From an uncultured virus (IMG/VR IMGVR_UViG_3300032272_000004) (Duplodnaviria > Heunggongvirae > Uroviricota > Caudoviricetes): 56,676 bases of DNA. Each line of letters opens with the position of its first letter. The stretch's first letter is position 1. The notes under the pieces are model-generated. The model was not told where the DNA came from, made no database searches, and saw nothing but the letters and a program-made list of their open reading frames with translations. The stretch is from the IMG/VR virus record IMGVR_UViG_3300032272_000004; one strand, written 5' to 3'. Made by a program: the position numbers and the translations under genes. Shown here one piece after another: positions 54,343 to 56,676 of this stretch.

Positions 54343-55226
54343 GAGTTCGAGGGTTTCCGACCCGCTTTGGTCAGCGCCGCGAGGTGATCTTCTTCCCTTC
54401 CGGCTCCAACCGCCCCGTAGAAATCCGCGCCCTACTCAAGGCCGGTAGCAACGTGGGCGTCGCAGCTCCCCGAGTGAGCGCCAACGGCGAGGCCGAACTG
54501 CTGAGGGCCCGGGATGTCGACGTATTCGTCGACTCGGGCGCCTTCGGTGAGGTGACGCCCGGACCGACCGGAGTGGTCGTGACCAAGCCGTTCACTCACG
54601 AGAAATGGATCAAGGTGCTGGACCTGTACACGCGTCTGGCCCGCCAGCTGGGCGGTCGGCTCTATGCCGTCGCACCTGACCAGGTCGGCAGCCAGGAGGT
54701 GACCCTCGAACGCATGGCGCGCTACGGCGCCGAGCTGCGGGAACTGACAGCACTGGGCGCTCGGGTGATTCTGCCCATTCAGCAAGGCCCGATCGGAATG
54801 TGGGATCTCTGGGTGCAGCTCCTCGAGGCTTCGGGCTTGGATCCGTCGCTGGCCGTCGCCGGCGTCCCCTGCTGCAAGTGTCCGACCCCCGCGGGGGAGG
54901 TGGCCGAGTTCTCGGAGCAGATGAACTACGACCACTGGGAGCCCGGCCGGATTCACATCCTGGGCCGCGGCCCGGCCAGCCCGATCTGGGAGGACTACGC
55001 AGCGGCCTGCTGGCACCACCACGTGAGCGCCGATGCCTGTCGATGGCTGGCGATGAAGGGGTTCACCAGCTCGGGCAAGCCCCGCCGACTGCAAGTGGCA
55101 CACCAGCTCGCGAAAGAGACACTCCCGGAACCTCGCGCCTACGAAACGGCGGTCGAGCAGGTTTTTCGGAGCGAAATACAGCGACTGAAGCTCAGTCGCC
55201 CGGTTGGACAGATGGCGCTTTTCTAG
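54339..55226 (+). CDS. TGT/DpdA-like (tRNA-guanine transglycosylase-like) protein
   Basis: VFVDSGAF, APD.VG...TL, LPIQQG, GVP, IHILG, SAD. Confidence 0.65.
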   Translation: MRVRGFPTRFGQRREVIFFPSGSNRPVEIRALLKAGSNVGVAAPRVSANGEAELLRARDVDVFVDSGAFGEVTPGPTGVVVTKPFTHEKWIKVLDLYTRLARQLGGRLYAVAPDQVGSQEVTLERMARYGAELRELTALGARVILPIQQGPIGMWDLWVQLLEASGLDPSLAVAGVPCCKCPTPAGEVAEFSEQMNYDHWEPGRIHILGRGPASPIWEDYAAACWHHHVSADACRWLAMKGFTSSGKPRRLQVAHQLAKETLPEPRAYETAVEQVFRSEIQRLKLSRPVGQMALF

Positions 55227-55239
55227 GAGAAACTGACCC

Positions 55240-55461
55240 ATGGCAAGACACTGGCAGGATTTTGGTGAGGGAGCCGACGGCCCCCTTCAGATTATCAAGG
55301 GGGAGCGGCACGCGCTTCTCCTCGGAGATCACGAGGCCGACGCGACCGTCGGAGTCTATGAGGTCGACGAGGACGGAGAACTCGGGGGTCAGATCGCCCT
55401 CATGAGCTTTCTGGATGTCGAGACGGCCAAGAAATCACTGATCGACTTCTCGGTCGACTAG
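55240..55461 (+). CDS. small acidic hypothetical protein
   Basis: AGGAG RBS. Confidence 0.6.
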   Translation: MARHWQDFGEGADGPLQIIKGERHALLLGDHEADATVGVYEVDEDGELGGQIALMSFLDVETAKKSLIDFSVD

Positions 55462-55480
55462 GTGTCAGACTGACGACACC
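55461..55480. promoter_or_regulatory. GGTGTC-N8-GACACC operator
   Basis: Perfect copy of the operator just upstream of copy H. Confidence 0.6.
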
Positions 55481-55499
55481 CTAGCGTCTGTAGGACATA

Positions 55500-55549
55500 G
55501 CGCGCCCATGATGGGGGCACCGGGGGCTCGATTACCCCCGGCGCGCACC
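55500..55549 (+). repeat. tRNA-like element copy H
   Basis: GCGCGCC-CATGATGGG..GGGGG-CTCGATTA-CCCCC-GGCGCGC-ACC. Confidence 0.8.
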
Positions 55550-55619
55550 GGCCCACTGGGGCTGAGAGAGAGAGCACACACATTATGACCAAGAACACCA
55601 CGAAGAATCCGGGTGCGTT

Positions 55620-55910
55620 TTGACACCGGGCGAGCGGGACGAGGCCTTCCGCAAGGTCTACACGGTGACGGCAGTCCGGTCGGGTGAGATCTACGGGCGC
55701 CGGCAACTTATCAACTACGTGATAGGTCGTCTCCGCCGCGTCGCGAGTGATGCCATGGGAGCGTCCCTGCTTCGCGCCCTCGCCGAGGGCTACATCGACG
55801 ATCACAGGTGGATGCGATTCCGCACCAGCATGTCGCCCAACGCCATAGCTGGTGATATTTTGCGCGACTACCAGGTCAATGTCGGTCGCGAGCACCTGCG
55901 AAAGCACTGA
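55620..55910 (+). CDS. hypothetical protein coupled to 12-aa leader ORF (55585..55623)
   Basis: TTG start overlaps TGA of MTKNTTKNPGAF; stop abuts copy I. Confidence 0.55.
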   Translation: MTPGERDEAFRKVYTVTAVRSGEIYGRRQLINYVIGRLRRVASDAMGASLLRALAEGYIDDHRWMRFRTSMSPNAIAGDILRDYQVNVGREHLRKH

Positions 55911-55912
55911 CG

Positions 55913-55960
55913 ACGCGTCCCATGAGGGCACGTGGGGGCTCGATACCCCCGGCGCGCACC
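55913..55960 (+). repeat. tRNA-like element copy I
   Basis: ACGCGTC-CCATGAGGG..GGGGG-CTCGATA-CCCCC-GGCGCGC-ACC. Confidence 0.8.
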
Positions 55961-55992
55961 GGCCCACCGGGCTGAGAGAGAGCACACACATT

Positions 55993-56244
55993 ATGACCAA
56001 GAACACCACGAAGAAACCCACGAAGAAGACGAACCCGGCCCTTGCGGCCGTCACCCGTGCCGCGGAGGCGGCCGAAGAGCGCAACCTGAAGGGTCTCGTG
56101 TTCGAGGCGCCCCACGGCGTGGTGCTCCAGGTCGAGGACGGCGTCCTGACGGTCTGGGCCGAGTACGCCAACGACGAGCGCGACCTGACCGCGCGAATCG
56201 CTGTCCCGGGTGGGTGCCAGCTCCTGGAGCTCGGCAAGGAGTGA
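55993..56244 (+). CDS. hypothetical protein (cassette)
   Basis: GAGAGAG purine tract then ATG 55993. Confidence 0.6.
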   Translation: MTKNTTKKPTKKTNPALAAVTRAAEAAEERNLKGLVFEAPHGVVLQVEDGVLTVWAEYANDERDLTARIAVPGGCQLLELGKE

Positions 56245-56570
56245 CCCAGGTCACGTTCCAGGCACTGGGGGCCCCGGCGGGCCCGCAGCTGCCTGAAGAG
56301 CGGGCTCTCACCGTCATGATGCTGCTCCGGCAGCTCGGCGGCAACGTCACCTACTCGGAGCGCACTAGCACTGCGACGCTCGACCCGCGGTCGGCTGTTG
56401 GCCCGCTGATCGAAATCGCCAACGATGGGCGTCTCGACGGCTTCTGTCGCTACTGGGCCTACCGGGCCAAGGAGCAGCCGGCTCTGGCCAAGCACCCGCT
56501 GAAGCTCGAGGACTGCCTGTTGGTCGGATCCTATCTCCTGCGCTCGTGTCCGAGCCCTGGACGGTCGTGA
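56241..56570 (+). CDS. hypothetical protein
   Basis: GTGA couplings at both ends. Confidence 0.5.
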   Translation: MTQVTFQALGAPAGPQLPEERALTVMMLLRQLGGNVTYSERTSTATLDPRSAVGPLIEIANDGRLDGFCRYWAYRAKEQPALAKHPLKLEDCLLVGSYLLRSCPSPGRS

Positions 56571-56676
56571 CCAGTCCTTGGAGCGACGAGCAGATGTGGC
56601 AGTTTCGCGTGGTCGTGGCGTGCGACTGCGCCGAGCGAGCCCTACGAGCACGGAATATTCGCGACGAGGCGCTCTG

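Noticed and set aside
50079..55960. Repeats as true tRNA genes (CAT as Met anticodon)
   Set aside because: No D-arm; the CATGA hairpin lacks a 5-bp stem with 7-nt loop and, in most copies, U33; total length only ~50 nt
50079..55960. Classical integron attC array
   Set aside because: No RYYYAAC/GTTRRRY cores; the recombinase is not adjacent and shows no IntI-specific signature I can recognise
50403..55960. Repeats as intrinsic terminators
   Set aside because: No U-tracts follow the hairpins, and T-loop/ACC conservation is not explained by termination
1..56676. Terminal repeats or attL/attR marking a complete genome or prophage
   Set aside because: No matching sequence seen at the two ends by eye and no clear host housekeeping flank; completeness unknown
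1..56676. Retron, DGR or other reverse-transcriptase system
   Set aside because: No RT (YxDD in RT context) or adenine-specific TR/VR pair found

Overview
GC-rich (about two-thirds by eye), densely packed, mostly + strand bacterial virus-like sequence. It looks like a tailless, lipid-containing virus rather than a tailed phage. There is a structural block (~16-30.8 kb) with a 740-aa Arg/Lys-rich core-like protein, three putative jelly-roll capsid proteins and a run of small membrane-anchored proteins. I recognise no terminase, portal, tail, packaging ATPase or replicase. Confidently recognisable genes: Gp37/Gp68 (DUF5131), N4/N6 and C5 DNA methyltransferases (the latter with a nested alternate-frame gene), FkbM methyltransferase, papain-like protease, cupin, DnaJ-domain protein, two GT4 glycosyltransferases, MmcB-like nuclease, ABC-type ATPase, 1119-aa tyrosine recombinase, DEDDh exonuclease, HD hydrolase, DUF488, an atypical tRNA-Met(CAU), cysC plus sulfotransferase, a degenerate ComM/YifB ATPase and a TGT/DpdA-like protein. 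The most striking signal is non-coding. From 50 to 56 kb, nine ~50-nt tRNA-like elements (acceptor stem + small hairpin + T-arm + ACC) punctuate an array of small gene cassettes, most sitting on or next to an upstream stop codon and followed by a hairpin and RBS. Other non-coding structure: a family of apparently leaderless promoters sharing a GGTGYC-N8-GRCACC operator, two perfect parS sites, and a strand-biased GGGAG(Y)1-3GGAGG array. Host and virus taxonomy are inferred only; no searches were run.
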